Shown here piece after piece: positions 25,802-35,629 of a stretch of 64,000 nt of DNA (positions are counted from its first letter, which is position 1; the number at the start of each line of letters is the position of its first letter). The notes below the pieces were generated by a model. It had not been told where the DNA came from, did not search any database, and worked only from the letters and a program-made list of their open reading frames with translations. A program made the position numbers and the translations under genes. The stretch comes from Firmicutes bacterium ADurb.Bin182 (lineage in GTDB: Bacteria > Bacillota > Clostridia > Christensenellales > CAG-138): the NCBI GenBank assembly GCA_002070205.1, contig MWCU01000054.1:11968-75967 (forward strand), read 5' to 3'.

Positions 25802-27127
25802 ATGCTTAAACAGTTTACAAAGCAGGAAAAAAGCTGGATCATGTACGATTGGGCGAACTCGGCTTATTCCATTCTTGTCGCGTCGATATTGCCGATTTAT
25901 GCGGGCGTTGTCGGCGGCGCCGCGGGCATTCCCGCGGTCACGCAAACTTCCCACTGGGCGTTCGTAAGCTCGTTTTCCGCGCTTATAATCGCGCTGTCGG
26001 CGCCCGTTCTCGGGGCGGTCGCGGATTACCGGGGAATGCGAAAGCGCCTCTTTTTCTCCTTCTTTTTGGTCGGCGTGATCGCGACGGGTCTTTTGCCCGT
26101 CACGAACTCCTATGTTTTTCTGTTATTTTTGTACGGCATAACTAATTTCGGGTTCGCGGGCTCAAACGTATTCTATGACGCTTTCCTTATGGACGTCACT
26201 ACGAACGAACGGATGAACAAGGTATCCTCCTGGGGATTTGCGATGGGGTATATCGGGGGCAGCACAATCCCGTTCCTTGCAAGCATCGCATTGACCGTTC
26301 TGGCGAAGGACGGAATGGTCCCGCTTCTCCCCATCGACCAGACCGCCGCCATGAAAGCAGCGTGCCTGATAACGATGGGCTGGTGGGCGGTATTTACTGT
26401 TCCGCTTTTAAAGAACGTGAAGCAGGTCTATTCCATAGAGCCTGAAAAGGGAACCGTGAAAAGGAGTTTTGCACGTCTGCTCTCTACCGTGCGGGAAGTA
26501 AAAAAACACAGGATGCTGCTCGTGTTCCTCATAGCGTATTTCTGCTACATAAACGGAGTCGGAACGATCATAATGATGGCGAGCAAGCTGGCGACGAGCA
26601 TCAGCATGCCGGACGGGTCGACGGGCTTCGGAACGCTTTATATCATAGGCGGTCTGTTGATAACCCAAGTGGTCGCGTTCCCGTTCTCAATCATTTATGA
26701 CAAGCTGAGCAAGCGCTTTTCCACAAAAGCTATGATACTCTGCGGTATAATCACATATACGGTGATTTGCGCAATAGGTTTCTTCATGGTGCGCGAGTGG
26801 CAGTTCCTTATGCTGGCGGGTTTCGTGGGCACCGCGCAGGGAGGCGTTCAGGCACTTTCCAGGGCATTTTTCGGAAAGCTTATTCCGGATAAAAACCGGT
26901 CCGGAGAGTTTTTTGGATTTTACAATATCTTCGGCAAATTTGAGTCGGTTGCCGGCACCGCGCTTATGGGGCTCGTTCTGCTTTTTACGGACGACGTGCA
27001 TTACGGTATAATACCGGTATTCGTTTTGTTTATACTCGGCGGATTATTGATGCTGCGCGTGCCTGAAGTTAAGGAAGCGGGCGGCGCTGTTTCGCTTGCT
27101 TGTAATGAACGAAACGCCGCGTTATAA
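25802..27127 (+). CDS. MFS transporter, UMF1/Atg22-like family
   Basis: 12 TM helices. N-terminus KQEKSWIMYDWANSAYS is characteristic of this family. Confidence 0.75.
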   Translation: MLKQFTKQEKSWIMYDWANSAYSILVASILPIYAGVVGGAAGIPAVTQTSHWAFVSSFSALIIALSAPVLGAVADYRGMRKRLFFSFFLVGVIATGLLPVTNSYVFLLFLYGITNFGFAGSNVFYDAFLMDVTTNERMNKVSSWGFAMGYIGGSTIPFLASIALTVLAKDGMVPLLPIDQTAAMKAACLITMGWWAVFTVPLLKNVKQVYSIEPEKGTVKRSFARLLSTVREVKKHRMLLVFLIAYFCYINGVGTIIMMASKLATSISMPDGSTGFGTLYIIGGLLITQVVAFPFSIIYDKLSKRFSTKAMILCGIITYTVICAIGFFMVREWQFLMLAGFVGTAQGGVQALSRAFFGKLIPDKNRSGEFFGFYNIFGKFESVAGTALMGLVLLFTDDVHYGIIPVFVLFILGGLLMLRVPEVKEAGGAVSLACNERNAAL

Positions 27128-27130
27128 TAG

Positions 27131-28510
27131 GTGCAAATTCCGGCGGGGAAAGGTATGCTCGAAACTGTAAAAAAAACCATAGCGGAATACGGGCTTATCA
27201 AAAGCGGGCAGAGCGTAGTCGCAGGCATAAGCGGAGGGGCGGATTCGGTTGCTTTGCTGCACTGCCTTTTAGCTTTGTCGCGCACGGAAGGCTTTTCGGT
27301 TTTCGCCGCGCATCTTCATCACGGCATCAGGGGTGAGAGCGCGGACGCCGATCAACTGTTCACGCAGGAGCTCTGCGAGCAATGGGGAGTTCCGTTTTAT
27401 ACCGAAAAGGCGGACGTGCCCGGGCTGGCCGCGCTAAAAAAACAAACGCTGGAGCAGGCGGGCAGGGAAGTCCGATACGCTTTTTTGGAGAAAGCGCGCG
27501 CAAGGTTCGGAGCCGACCGCATTGCCGTCGCTCACCATATGGATGACCAGGCCGAGAGCATACTGCTGCATTTGATAAGAGGAAGCGGCCTCAGCGGGCT
27601 TGCGGGGATGTATCCTAAAAGGGATCGCATAATCCGTCCGCTGCTTCGGCTCAGAAGGTCCGAAATCGAAAGCTATCTTGAAAAAGAGGGGATCGCATTT
27701 TGTACGGATGAGACCAATCTTGAGGCGGAAGGGGCGCGCAACCGGCTGAGGCTGGATATTATCCCATATATCGAACAAAATCTCAATAAGGCTATAGTGC
27801 CGACTCTTTGCTCGATGGCTGAGCTGTTAAGAAGGGATGAAAGTTATTTGGCTTCGCTTGCGCGGGAGGCGCTCGATTCCTCGAGGCGGAACAGGGGATA
27901 TGACAGATTCGCCCTGAACAAGCTTGAGCTTCCAATAAAAACACGGGCGTTGAGGATGGCCTTAGCCGAGCACGGTATATTAAAGGATATCGAGAGGGTG
28001 CATATAGAAGCGCTGTGCGATCTTCTTGAAGCAAAAACAGGCACGCGGCTTGAGCTGCCGGGAATCACCGCAAGGACAAGCTATAATCTTATCAGCTTCG
28101 GCAGAATAACTTTCCCCCGGGTTGACGATACACCGCTTGTTTTGCCCGGAATAACTCATACTCCTTACGGGGATTTCGAAGCCGTGTTCGTTGACGGAAA
28201 CGGGTACACGAAGGATAAAAACACAGCCTGTATGGATGCGGATTCCTTAAGCTGCCTTGAATTGACTGTCAGGTCCAGGAGGCCGGGAGACAGATTTTAT
28301 CCGCTCGGCGCGCCGGGAAGGAGAAAGCTCAAGGAATTCTTCATAGATAAAAAAGTGCCGAGGAGCGCAAGGGATCGCCCGCTGTTGTGCGCGGGTGACG
28401 AGGTGCTTTTTATCCCCGGCTGCGGCATCTCGGAAAGGGTGAAACTTAGCGCCGGCTCGACAAAGGCGTTATGGGTGACTTTTAATGAAATCAACGATGA
28501 CGGGAGATAA
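27131..28510 (+). CDS. tilS: tRNA(Ile)-lysidine synthase
   Basis: PP-loop SGGADSVALLH. Conserved tilS-hpt-ftsH order. The start could be GTG 27131 or ATG 27155. Confidence 0.9.
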   Translation: MQIPAGKGMLETVKKTIAEYGLIKSGQSVVAGISGGADSVALLHCLLALSRTEGFSVFAAHLHHGIRGESADADQLFTQELCEQWGVPFYTEKADVPGLAALKKQTLEQAGREVRYAFLEKARARFGADRIAVAHHMDDQAESILLHLIRGSGLSGLAGMYPKRDRIIRPLLRLRRSEIESYLEKEGIAFCTDETNLEAEGARNRLRLDIIPYIEQNLNKAIVPTLCSMAELLRRDESYLASLAREALDSSRRNRGYDRFALNKLELPIKTRALRMALAEHGILKDIERVHIEALCDLLEAKTGTRLELPGITARTSYNLISFGRITFPRVDDTPLVLPGITHTPYGDFEAVFVDGNGYTKDKNTACMDADSLSCLELTVRSRRPGDRFYPLGAPGRRKLKEFFIDKKVPRSARDRPLLCAGDEVLFIPGCGISERVKLSAGSTKALWVTFNEINDDGR

Positions 28511-28512
28511 GT

Positions 28513-29070
28513 ATGGCTAAAGCAACGAATATGCACGATGACATCATGGAGGTGCTGCTCGGCGAGGAGACCATTAAAAAACGCGTTTCGGAATTGGGCA
28601 GGCAGATATCGCGGGATTATGACGGCAAAGACCTGATACTTGTATGCATACTGAAAGGGGCAGTCGTCTTTTTTTCGGATCTTTGCAGGGCTATAGACTG
28701 CTACGCGGAGATGGACTTCATGTCCATTTCGAGTTACGGCAACAGCTCGAAAACCTCCGGCATAGTCAGAATAAGCAAAGATATGGATATTTCGATCACC
28801 GGCAGACATGTTTTGATAGTTGAAGACATTATGGACAGCGGTCTGACCCTCAACCATTTGACGACGCTTTTAAAAGCGCGCGAACCCGCCTCGCTTAAAG
28901 TTGTTTGTCTTTTGGATAAGCCCGAGCGCCGCGAATGCGATATCGTGCCCGATTACGTCGGGTTCGTCATTCCTAACCGCTTTGTTGTGGGATACGGCCT
29001 CGATTGCGAAGGACGCTATCGCAATCTCCCGTATGTCGGCGTTATGAAGCCCGAGGTCTACAACGGTTAA
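28513..29070 (+). CDS. hpt: hypoxanthine phosphoribosyltransferase
   Basis: PRPP-binding motif VLIVEDIMDSGLTL. GGGAG RBS. Confidence 0.9.
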   Translation: MAKATNMHDDIMEVLLGEETIKKRVSELGRQISRDYDGKDLILVCILKGAVVFFSDLCRAIDCYAEMDFMSISSYGNSSKTSGIVRISKDMDISITGRHVLIVEDIMDSGLTLNHLTTLLKAREPASLKVVCLLDKPERRECDIVPDYVGFVIPNRFVVGYGLDCEGRYRNLPYVGVMKPEVYNG

Positions 29071-29274
29071 AAATGTTTTTTAAGCCGTTTTATGCCGCTG
29101 TAGTATCTTTGAACAGGGCTCCGGCATTGCCTGCATACACGGATTTTGACACACAAAATTCACTATGCAATTTCAAAAATACTTTGTATACAGCTGTGTG
29201 TTGTGGTAGTATTATAAGGATAGTTGTAAATTGGACCGATATGTTCAATTTGAAAACACGCGGGAGGACAGGCA

Positions 29275-31278
29275 TTGAACAAAAAACTAAAAACGCCTTT
29301 AATATATCTTATTATTATCGTCGCAATCATAATAATGGCTACGGGTCTTGACCCTCAGCGGAAAACTCCGGAGGAATGGGATTATAAGCATTTCCTGAAC
29401 GCCGTAAGGGAAGATAAAGTCGCGGCCGCGGAACTCACCGTGATAGAACTGAGGGGGCTTCTGAAGGGCAGTGAGATAAAAAGGGAGGACTTCCCGAAAT
29501 CCTCTGATTTTGTGCTTACTGTTCCGAGCGAAGAAACGTTCAAGGCCGATATGGCGGTCATATATGCCGAAAAGCTCGGCAAATCACCCGATTTGGTTAC
29601 AGCTACCGATTATGCGTTCGACTATGCCAGCAAACAGGCGCCCAAAGCCGGTTTGTTCGAGGTGCTGCTCCCTTATCTTCTGATATTCGGCGCAATAGGA
29701 ATATTCTATTATTTCATGATGCAGCAGCAGGGCGGCGGCAACAAGGTCATGAGCTTCGGAAAGTCGCGCGCGCGCACGAATCTCGATTCCGCGAATAAGG
29801 TCACGTTCGATAATGTGGCGGGCGCAGACGAGGAAAAGGAAGAGCTTAAAGAAGTCGTTGAGTTTATGCGCAATCCCAAGCGATTTTCGCAGATGGGCGC
29901 AAGGATCCCCAAGGGCGTGCTGCTCGTTGGCCCTCCGGGAACCGGGAAAACTCTGCTTGCAAAGGCTGCCGCGGGAGAAGCGGATGTTCCGTTTTACTCC
30001 ATATCCGGTTCCGACTTTGTTGAAATGTTCGTAGGCGTCGGAGCATCGCGCGTACGCGACCTTTTTAACACGGTGAAGAAAACCGCTCCGGCAGTCGTCT
30101 TCATCGATGAAATAGACGCCGTCGGCCGTCAGCGCGGGGCGGGCCTCGGGGGTGGGCATGATGAGCGCGAGCAGACGCTTAACCAGCTTCTCGTCGAAAT
30201 GGACGGTTTCGCGCCCAATGAAGGAATAATCGTGATTGCGGCCACAAACAGGCCGGATATCCTTGACCCGGCTCTTTTAAGGCCGGGCAGGTTTGACAGG
30301 CAGATCACCGTCAACTACCCCGATGTCAAAGGGCGGGAAGACATTTTGAAGGTGCATGCGAAAAACAAACCTTTTGAGGACGACGTGGATCTTTCCGTTC
30401 TTGCGAAGCGTACCCCGGGTTTCACGGGCGCGGACCTTGAAAACGTGCTGAACGAGGCTGCCATACTCGCGGCAAGGTTCCACAAAAACAAAATCGGCAT
30501 GAACGAGCTTGAGGAGGCGATTACGCGCGTAGTCGTCGGTCCCGAGAAAAAGAGCCGCGTCATTACCGCGGAAGATAAAAAAATTACGGCGTATCATGAA
30601 TCGGGCCACGCTATCGTTGCAATGAAGCTGCCCGGGTGCGACCCCGTTCACGAGGTGAGCATAATCCCGCGCGGCCTTGCGGGCGGTTATACGATGACCC
30701 TTCCCAAGGAAGACATGAGGCATATGACGCGCGGCAAGATACTCGACGAGATAGCGATGCTTTTGGGCGGACGCGTAGCGGAGACTCTTGCGCTTGGAGA
30801 TATCAGCACGGGCGCTTATAACGATTTGCAGCGCGCGAGCGATCTTGCGAGGAAAATGGTAGTCGAGTACGGCATGAGCGAAGAAATAGGGCCGGTGTTT
30901 CTCGGCGGAAAAGAAGAAGTCTTTATCGCGAAGGACTGGGGTCATCAGCGTAATTTCTCCGAGGAGATCGCGGCGAAGGTGGACGCCGAGATAAAGCGCA
31001 TATTGGAAGAGCAGTTTAAAAGGGCGCGGGATGTCATCAACGCCGATATGGAAGCTCTCGGCCGTACCGCCGCGGCGCTCATTGAGTATGAGCGGGTTAC
31101 CGGAGAGGAATTCGAGGCCATCTATGAGGGCAGGGATGTAGAGATTTCGGCTTTCGTAACAAAACCGGCAGAGAAGACCGAAAAGGAAAACGAAACGCAA
31201 ACGCCGCCACCTGAACCGGAACAGCAAACCCCGGAAGTAATCGAAAAAGCGGAAGACGATTCAAATAAAGGCGATTAG
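29275..31278 (+). CDS. ftsH: ATP-dependent zinc metalloprotease FtsH
   Basis: Two N-terminal TM helices, Walker [12 protein letters not shown] region, HESGHA zinc site. TTG start behind GGGAGG. Confidence 0.95.
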   Translation: MNKKLKTPLIYLIIIVAIIIMATGLDPQRKTPEEWDYKHFLNAVREDKVAAAELTVIELRGLLKGSEIKREDFPKSSDFVLTVPSEETFKADMAVIYAEKLGKSPDLVTATDYAFDYASKQAPKAGLFEVLLPYLLIFGAIGIFYYFMMQQQGGGNKVMSFGKSRARTNLDSANKVTFDNVAGADEEKEELKEVVEFMRNPKRFSQMGARIPKGVLLVGPPGTGKTLLAKAAAGEADVPFYSISGSDFVEMFVGVGASRVRDLFNTVKKTAPAVVFIDEIDAVGRQRGAGLGGGHDEREQTLNQLLVEMDGFAPNEGIIVIAATNRPDILDPALLRPGRFDRQITVNYPDVKGREDILKVHAKNKPFEDDVDLSVLAKRTPGFTGADLENVLNEAAILAARFHKNKIGMNELEEAITRVVVGPEKKSRVITAEDKKITAYHESGHAIVAMKLPGCDPVHEVSIIPRGLAGGYTMTLPKEDMRHMTRGKILDEIAMLLGGRVAETLALGDISTGAYNDLQRASDLARKMVVEYGMSEEIGPVFLGGKEEVFIAKDWGHQRNFSEEIAAKVDAEIKRILEEQFKRARDVINADMEALGRTAAALIEYERVTGEEFEAIYEGRDVEISAFVTKPAEKTEKENETQTPPPEPEQQTPEVIEKAEDDSNKGD

Positions 31279-31413
31279 GGGATTATTAAGGGGCCGAGCG
31301 GAAATTTTCGATTGCAGGCAAAACATGTACAATTTGAAGGGGTCCATCCGGACTTCTTCGATACTCAAACCCGGCCGTGCCGGGTTATTTTACGAACAGG
31401 AGCTGTCGGCCGC

Positions 31414-32238
31414 ATGAATAACCCTTACGACCTTCACGCGCATTCCGACCGGTCGGACGGTACTGAGTCCCCTTCGGCAATCGTTCAAAAAGCGAAGGAA
31501 AAAGGACTCAGTCTGCTGGCTGTTACCGATCACGATACCGCGGACGGCGTCAGCGAGGCGGTCAACGAAGGGAAAAGGATCGGGCTTAGCGTGATTCCTG
31601 GCATTGAATTCAACACCGAGCATCCCGGCGAATTGCATATACTCGGATACTGCGTGGACATTCAAAACGAAGCGCTCATAAACGCTTTATCATCGTCAAA
31701 AAGGGCGAGGGAAAAAAGGAACGGGCTTATTTTTGAGAAGCTTAAGAGCCTGGGTCTTGATATATCCGGGGTTTTCAAGCAAAGCTCGGGCACCACGACC
31801 CGATTGAATTTTGCTATTGCTCTAAGGGACGCGGGATATGCGGATTCGGCCAGGGAAGCGTTCAACGCATATCTTTCTCCCGGCGCCCCCGCATATGTCC
31901 CGACTGAAAGGATAGCCCCTGAAGACGTAATTGAAGTCATACACGGCGCGGGCGGCGTCGCCGTGCTTGCTCACCCGTGCAAACTTAAGGGGGACCCGCT
32001 TGACCTGATACGCAAGCTTATGGGGGCGGGCATTGACGGACTTGAGGTGTATTATCCGGGATCAACGGAGGAGCAGACGGAACGCTTTTTGAACTTTGCC
32101 TTACAAAACGGGCTTATGGTCACGTGCGGAAGCGATTACCACGGGGCTAACCGTTCATCAGTATCTTTGGGATGCTCCTGGCGGGATACTCCCGAATTGA
32201 AGAAAACATTCGAGAGGCTCATAAAAATGCTGCCTTAA
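31414..32238 (+). CDS. PHP-domain phosphoesterase
   Basis: YDLHAHSDRSDGT and LAVTDHD motifs. ATG 31414 lies within ORF 31312-32238. Confidence 0.8.
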   Translation: MNNPYDLHAHSDRSDGTESPSAIVQKAKEKGLSLLAVTDHDTADGVSEAVNEGKRIGLSVIPGIEFNTEHPGELHILGYCVDIQNEALINALSSSKRAREKRNGLIFEKLKSLGLDISGVFKQSSGTTTRLNFAIALRDAGYADSAREAFNAYLSPGAPAYVPTERIAPEDVIEVIHGAGGVAVLAHPCKLKGDPLDLIRKLMGAGIDGLEVYYPGSTEEQTERFLNFALQNGLMVTCGSDYHGANRSSVSLGCSWRDTPELKKTFERLIKMLP

Positions 32239-32256
32239 CGGGAAAACCCGTTTTGC
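32237..32256 (+). terminator. short hairpin terminator
   Basis: AACGGG-AAAA-CCCGTT followed by TTTG. Confidence 0.45.
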
Positions 32257-32373
32257 CCTTAATTATGCATTATGCTTAAAGTATGCAATATTTCCTTCAT
32301 TTCCGGCGTTGCTACCAGATAAGTTATTTGTTATAATGGATTGGGATTGACAAATCATTTAAGGTGAGGCGTT

Positions 32374-33396
32374 TTGAATATGGTTCCGGGTATCATCAAA
32401 ATATTCGCGGGAAGAACGGGCAGGGTTTTCGCCTCGAAAATGTGCGATTATCTCGGTGCAAAGCTGGGTGATTCCGAGACGATCAGGTTCTCCGAAGGGA
32501 ATATATTCGTAAAGGTAAATGAATCCATAAGGGATAAGGATGTATATATCGTTCAGCCCATAGGCCGCGAACCCAACGATGAATTTGTGGAACTTCTTTT
32601 CTGGATAGACGCATTCAAGCGCGCAAGCGCAAATTCCGTTACCGCCATCATCCCGTATTTCAGCTACGCAAAAGGAGATAAAAAGGACGAACCCCGCGTT
32701 TCCATACGCGCGAGAGTATGTGCCGAATGCATTGAGCTTGCGGGAGCGGACCGCATTTTGACAATGGACCTTCATAGTGCTCAGGTCCAGGGATTTTTCA
32801 AAAAACCGGTCGATCATCTGTACGCGAGTTCCATTCTGTGCGAATATGCAAGAAGAATAGGCATTGTGGATGAGGACCTCGTGGTCGTATCGCCGGACGC
32901 CGGATTCGCGAAACGCGCGAGGCAGTTTGCAAATGAGCTTGGCTGCCCGGTCGCTATCGGCGACAAAACGCGCTCCGATCATGACGAAAAAGCAAAAGTG
33001 CTTGAGATCATCGGCGACGTAAAAGGCAAGAATTGTCTTGTCGTCGACGACTTTACGATTTCAGGCGGAACTTTGGTCGATTTGGCTCTCGGGCTCAAGG
33101 ATAAGGGAGCGAAAAGGATATTTGCTTTCCTGTCGCATATAGTTTTAGGCGAAGCCGGAGTCAAAAAAATCGAAGAGAGTCCGATTGAGCTGCTGGTTTC
33201 CACCGATACCGTGCAATGCCCCGCCGTGAAAGGATCGGGCAAGATCAAAATCGTTTCCGCCGCTCCCATGTTTGCGGAAGCCGTCAGGATCATCCACGAC
33301 CGCGAACCCATGAGCAAGATGTTCACTGAGTCCGCGTCAAGGCGGATGTTCGATATGAGCTTCGCGTCGCAGCTGAGCATAAAGGATATTAGATAG
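32374..33396 (+). CDS. prs: ribose-phosphate pyrophosphokinase
   Basis: DLHSAQVQGFF and PRPP-loop VVDDFTISGGTL motifs. The start could be TTG 32374 or ATG 32380. Confidence 0.9.
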   Translation: MNMVPGIIKIFAGRTGRVFASKMCDYLGAKLGDSETIRFSEGNIFVKVNESIRDKDVYIVQPIGREPNDEFVELLFWIDAFKRASANSVTAIIPYFSYAKGDKKDEPRVSIRARVCAECIELAGADRILTMDLHSAQVQGFFKKPVDHLYASSILCEYARRIGIVDEDLVVVSPDAGFAKRARQFANELGCPVAIGDKTRSDHDEKAKVLEIIGDVKGKNCLVVDDFTISGGTLVDLALGLKDKGAKRIFAFLSHIVLGEAGVKKIEESPIELLVSTDTVQCPAVKGSGKIKIVSAAPMFAEAVRIIHDREPMSKMFTESASRRMFDMSFASQLSIKDIR

Positions 33397-33575
33397 TTTT
33401 CAGTATATAGTAACAAGTATTCAGTTGAATGAAAAAAATCTGCCTCCCGGCAGATTTTTTTTGAACTAATAACTTTATCAGTTTTCAGTATATAGTAATA
33501 AGTATTCAGTTTATGAAAAAAAATCTGCGGCAGCAGATTTTTCATTAAATTATAACTTTATCAGTTTTGAGTATT
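33397..33575 (+). repeat. two and a bit tandem ~84-bp modules (AT-rich box + AAATCTGCC..GGCAGATTT hairpin)
   Basis: Units 33397-33481 and 33482-33564. A partial third unit is cut off at 33575. Confidence 0.85.
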
Positions 33576-33702
33576 CGGACGAAATGGGCGGGCGATTCGT
33601 GAATCGCCCCTACATATAGGAATAACATGTCAGTACAATACAACATATTGTAGGGAACGACCCCCATGTCGTTCCGAATTTGTATTTCCGGGCAACCCTT
33701 TC
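33576..33702 (+). repeat. GGGCGATTC-hairpin element, copy 1
   Basis: Collinear with 60172-60349 except for one loop. Confidence 0.85.
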
Positions 33703-33741
33703 CTGAACTTATAACTCATTACTTATTATTGATAACTGTTC

Positions 33742-33766
33742 AAATCTGCCTCCCGGCAGATTTTTC
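33742..33766. terminator. AAATCTGCC-TCCC-GGCAGATTT hairpin (bidirectional terminator-like)
   Basis: Perfect 9-bp stem with A/T runs on both sides. It lies between the convergent prs and murC genes. Confidence 0.6.
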
Positions 33767-33799
33767 ATGAACTTATAACTGAATACTTATTACTGAGAA

Positions 33800-35164
33800 C
33801 TATAAAAGCTTTTTAGTCTGCTTATACACGTCTCCGCTGCCGAGGGTCAAAACGAGGTCGCCGGGTTTTGCGGTCGTTTTAAGATAATCGCGCACGTCCT
33901 CGAATGTCGGAGTATAGCGGGCGTCGATCCCCGCGTTTACAAATGCGTTTACCATGTCCCCGGCATGAACGGTGCCGTCGTCCTTCTCGCGCCCCGGATA
34001 AATGTCTACCGTCAGCACTTCATCCGCGCCGGCAAGGCATGAGGGGTCCTTTAAGAACAGAGTTTTTGCCCGCGTATAGGAATTGCATTGAAGGACCGCT
34101 ATCAGCCTGTTGCGCTTCACCCTATTCGCGGTCTCAATTATCGCACGGATCTCGCCGGGATGATGGGCAAAGTCGTGGTAAAGCATTGCGCCCTCGGGCG
34201 TTTTGCCGTAAAACTCAAACCTGCGCTTGGCAAGCCTGTAGCGAGATAATGCCTCGGCGGCCTTTTTTATGTCCGATTTCAGCTCGAGCGCGACCGCCAT
34301 CGCGGCGAGCGAATTCATAACGTTATGCGTTCCCGGAACGTGAAGCGTTATCCGCGCGAGTTTTTCACCCTTGTAAGTAAAGTCATAGGACGCTGAGCCC
34401 GAATCGTCGAATTCGATGTTCTGCGGGCGGCAGTCTCCGCCGTGCATTCCGTAAGTCAGCTTACGTCCCTTGAATTCCCCGAGCAGCTTTATTACGTGCT
34501 CGTCGTCCGTGCAGCCTATAAACAAACCGTCTTCCGGAAGCTTATTGACGAATTTTCTAAACGCGTCCGTGATGGCGTCGATGTCCTTGAAATAGTCGAG
34601 ATGATCGTCATCGATGTTATGAATAAGAGCTATGGTCGGCCGCAGCGTTAAAAAACTTTCCACATATTCGCAGGCTTCGGTAATAAAGAGGTCTTTTGAG
34701 CCGACGCGCGTCCCTCCGCCTAAAAACTCTTCGTATCCGCCTACGTGTACAGTGGCATCCGGTCCTCCCGTCAAACTGATAAGAGCGAGCATGGATGTTA
34801 TCGTGGTTTTGCCGTGGCAGCCGGCAATGCCGACAACGCTTTTGTATCCTTCGGATAATTGTCCGAGAGCGACGGAACGCTCAAGCTCCGGGATGCCGGC
34901 TTCGCGCGCGGCGCGGCGCTCCGGGTTATCCGGCTTGATTGCCGCCGAATAGATTATTAAATCGCTGCTGCCTATGTTTTCAGGCCTGTGTCCGATAAAT
35001 ACGGGAATGCCGAGCTCAATGAGCCTGTCGGTAAAAGGGGAATCGGTAACGTCTGAACCCTGGACCTTCAAGCCCCGATCGGATAGCAGCTGGGCAAGCC
35101 CGTTCATGGAGCACCCCCCGATTCCGATCAGGTGAACTTGTTTATGATTATTGATATGCGTCAT
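33800..35164 (-). CDS. murC: UDP-N-acetylmuramate--L-alanine ligase
   Basis: GIGGCSMNGLA and GCHGKTTITSM motifs, with a Mur ligase C-terminal domain. Confidence 0.95.
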   Translation of the reverse strand: MTHINNHKQVHLIGIGGCSMNGLAQLLSDRGLKVQGSDVTDSPFTDRLIELGIPVFIGHRPENIGSSDLIIYSAAIKPDNPERRAAREAGIPELERSVALGQLSEGYKSVVGIAGCHGKTTITSMLALISLTGGPDATVHVGGYEEFLGGGTRVGSKDLFITEACEYVESFLTLRPTIALIHNIDDDHLDYFKDIDAITDAFRKFVNKLPEDGLFIGCTDDEHVIKLLGEFKGRKLTYGMHGGDCRPQNIEFDDSGSASYDFTYKGEKLARITLHVPGTHNVMNSLAAMAVALELKSDIKKAAEALSRYRLAKRRFEFYGKTPEGAMLYHDFAHHPGEIRAIIETANRVKRNRLIAVLQCNSYTRAKTLFLKDPSCLAGADEVLTVDIYPGREKDDGTVHAGDMVNAFVNAGIDARYTPTFEDVRDYLKTTAKPGDLVLTLGSGDVYKQTKKLL

Positions 35165-35375
35165 GAAAGTCTCCTCATATTTTGTATGATATTATACTAC
35201 CGGGGAATTCAGCGTTCAATGCTTTATAATATTATGACGGCGAAAAGGCTAAATGTTCCGGTTTTTTGCGTTCGTTCATTGCAGGATGCCAACATGTTCG
35301 TTAAGACCGCCTCAGGATGCCTGCATGGATGTTTTCCTCCGGGGGGAAGATAAAAGCGGAGGTGATGTTCCTGAT

Positions 35376-35523
35376 GAGAAAAAAAAGGCCCAAAAGCGTA
35401 AGGAAGAATATGGACGACATGATGGATATCATACCCAATTTAACATACGGGTATATTCCGTCGGATCAGGGCGATGATCTCGATGAACTGCCCGAATCGA
35501 TGAACGACTGGGACGGCACCTGA
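35376..35523 (+). CDS. possible small acidic protein (49 aa)
   Basis: GGAGGT lies upstream. The sequence has a basic N-terminus and an acidic C-terminus. No homology recognised. Confidence 0.25.
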
Positions 35524-35543
35524 ACCGGCGGCGGAGAATTTAA

Positions 35544-35606
35544 GACGGGGCCGCTACGATGCCCGGGCTGCGGCAGGCTTTAACTTATAATCAAGCCGGC
35601 CCCGTC
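35544..35606. terminator. long-range hairpin between convergent genes
   Basis: GACGGGGCCG ... CGGCCCCGTC 10-bp stem enclosing a 43-nt structured loop. Confidence 0.4.
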
Positions 35607-35629
35607 TTCGTTGCCGCAAAAAGCGTCCT

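Noticed and set aside
30277-31227. 316-aa minus-strand ORF.
   Set aside because: It lies entirely antisense within ftsH, which is unambiguous.
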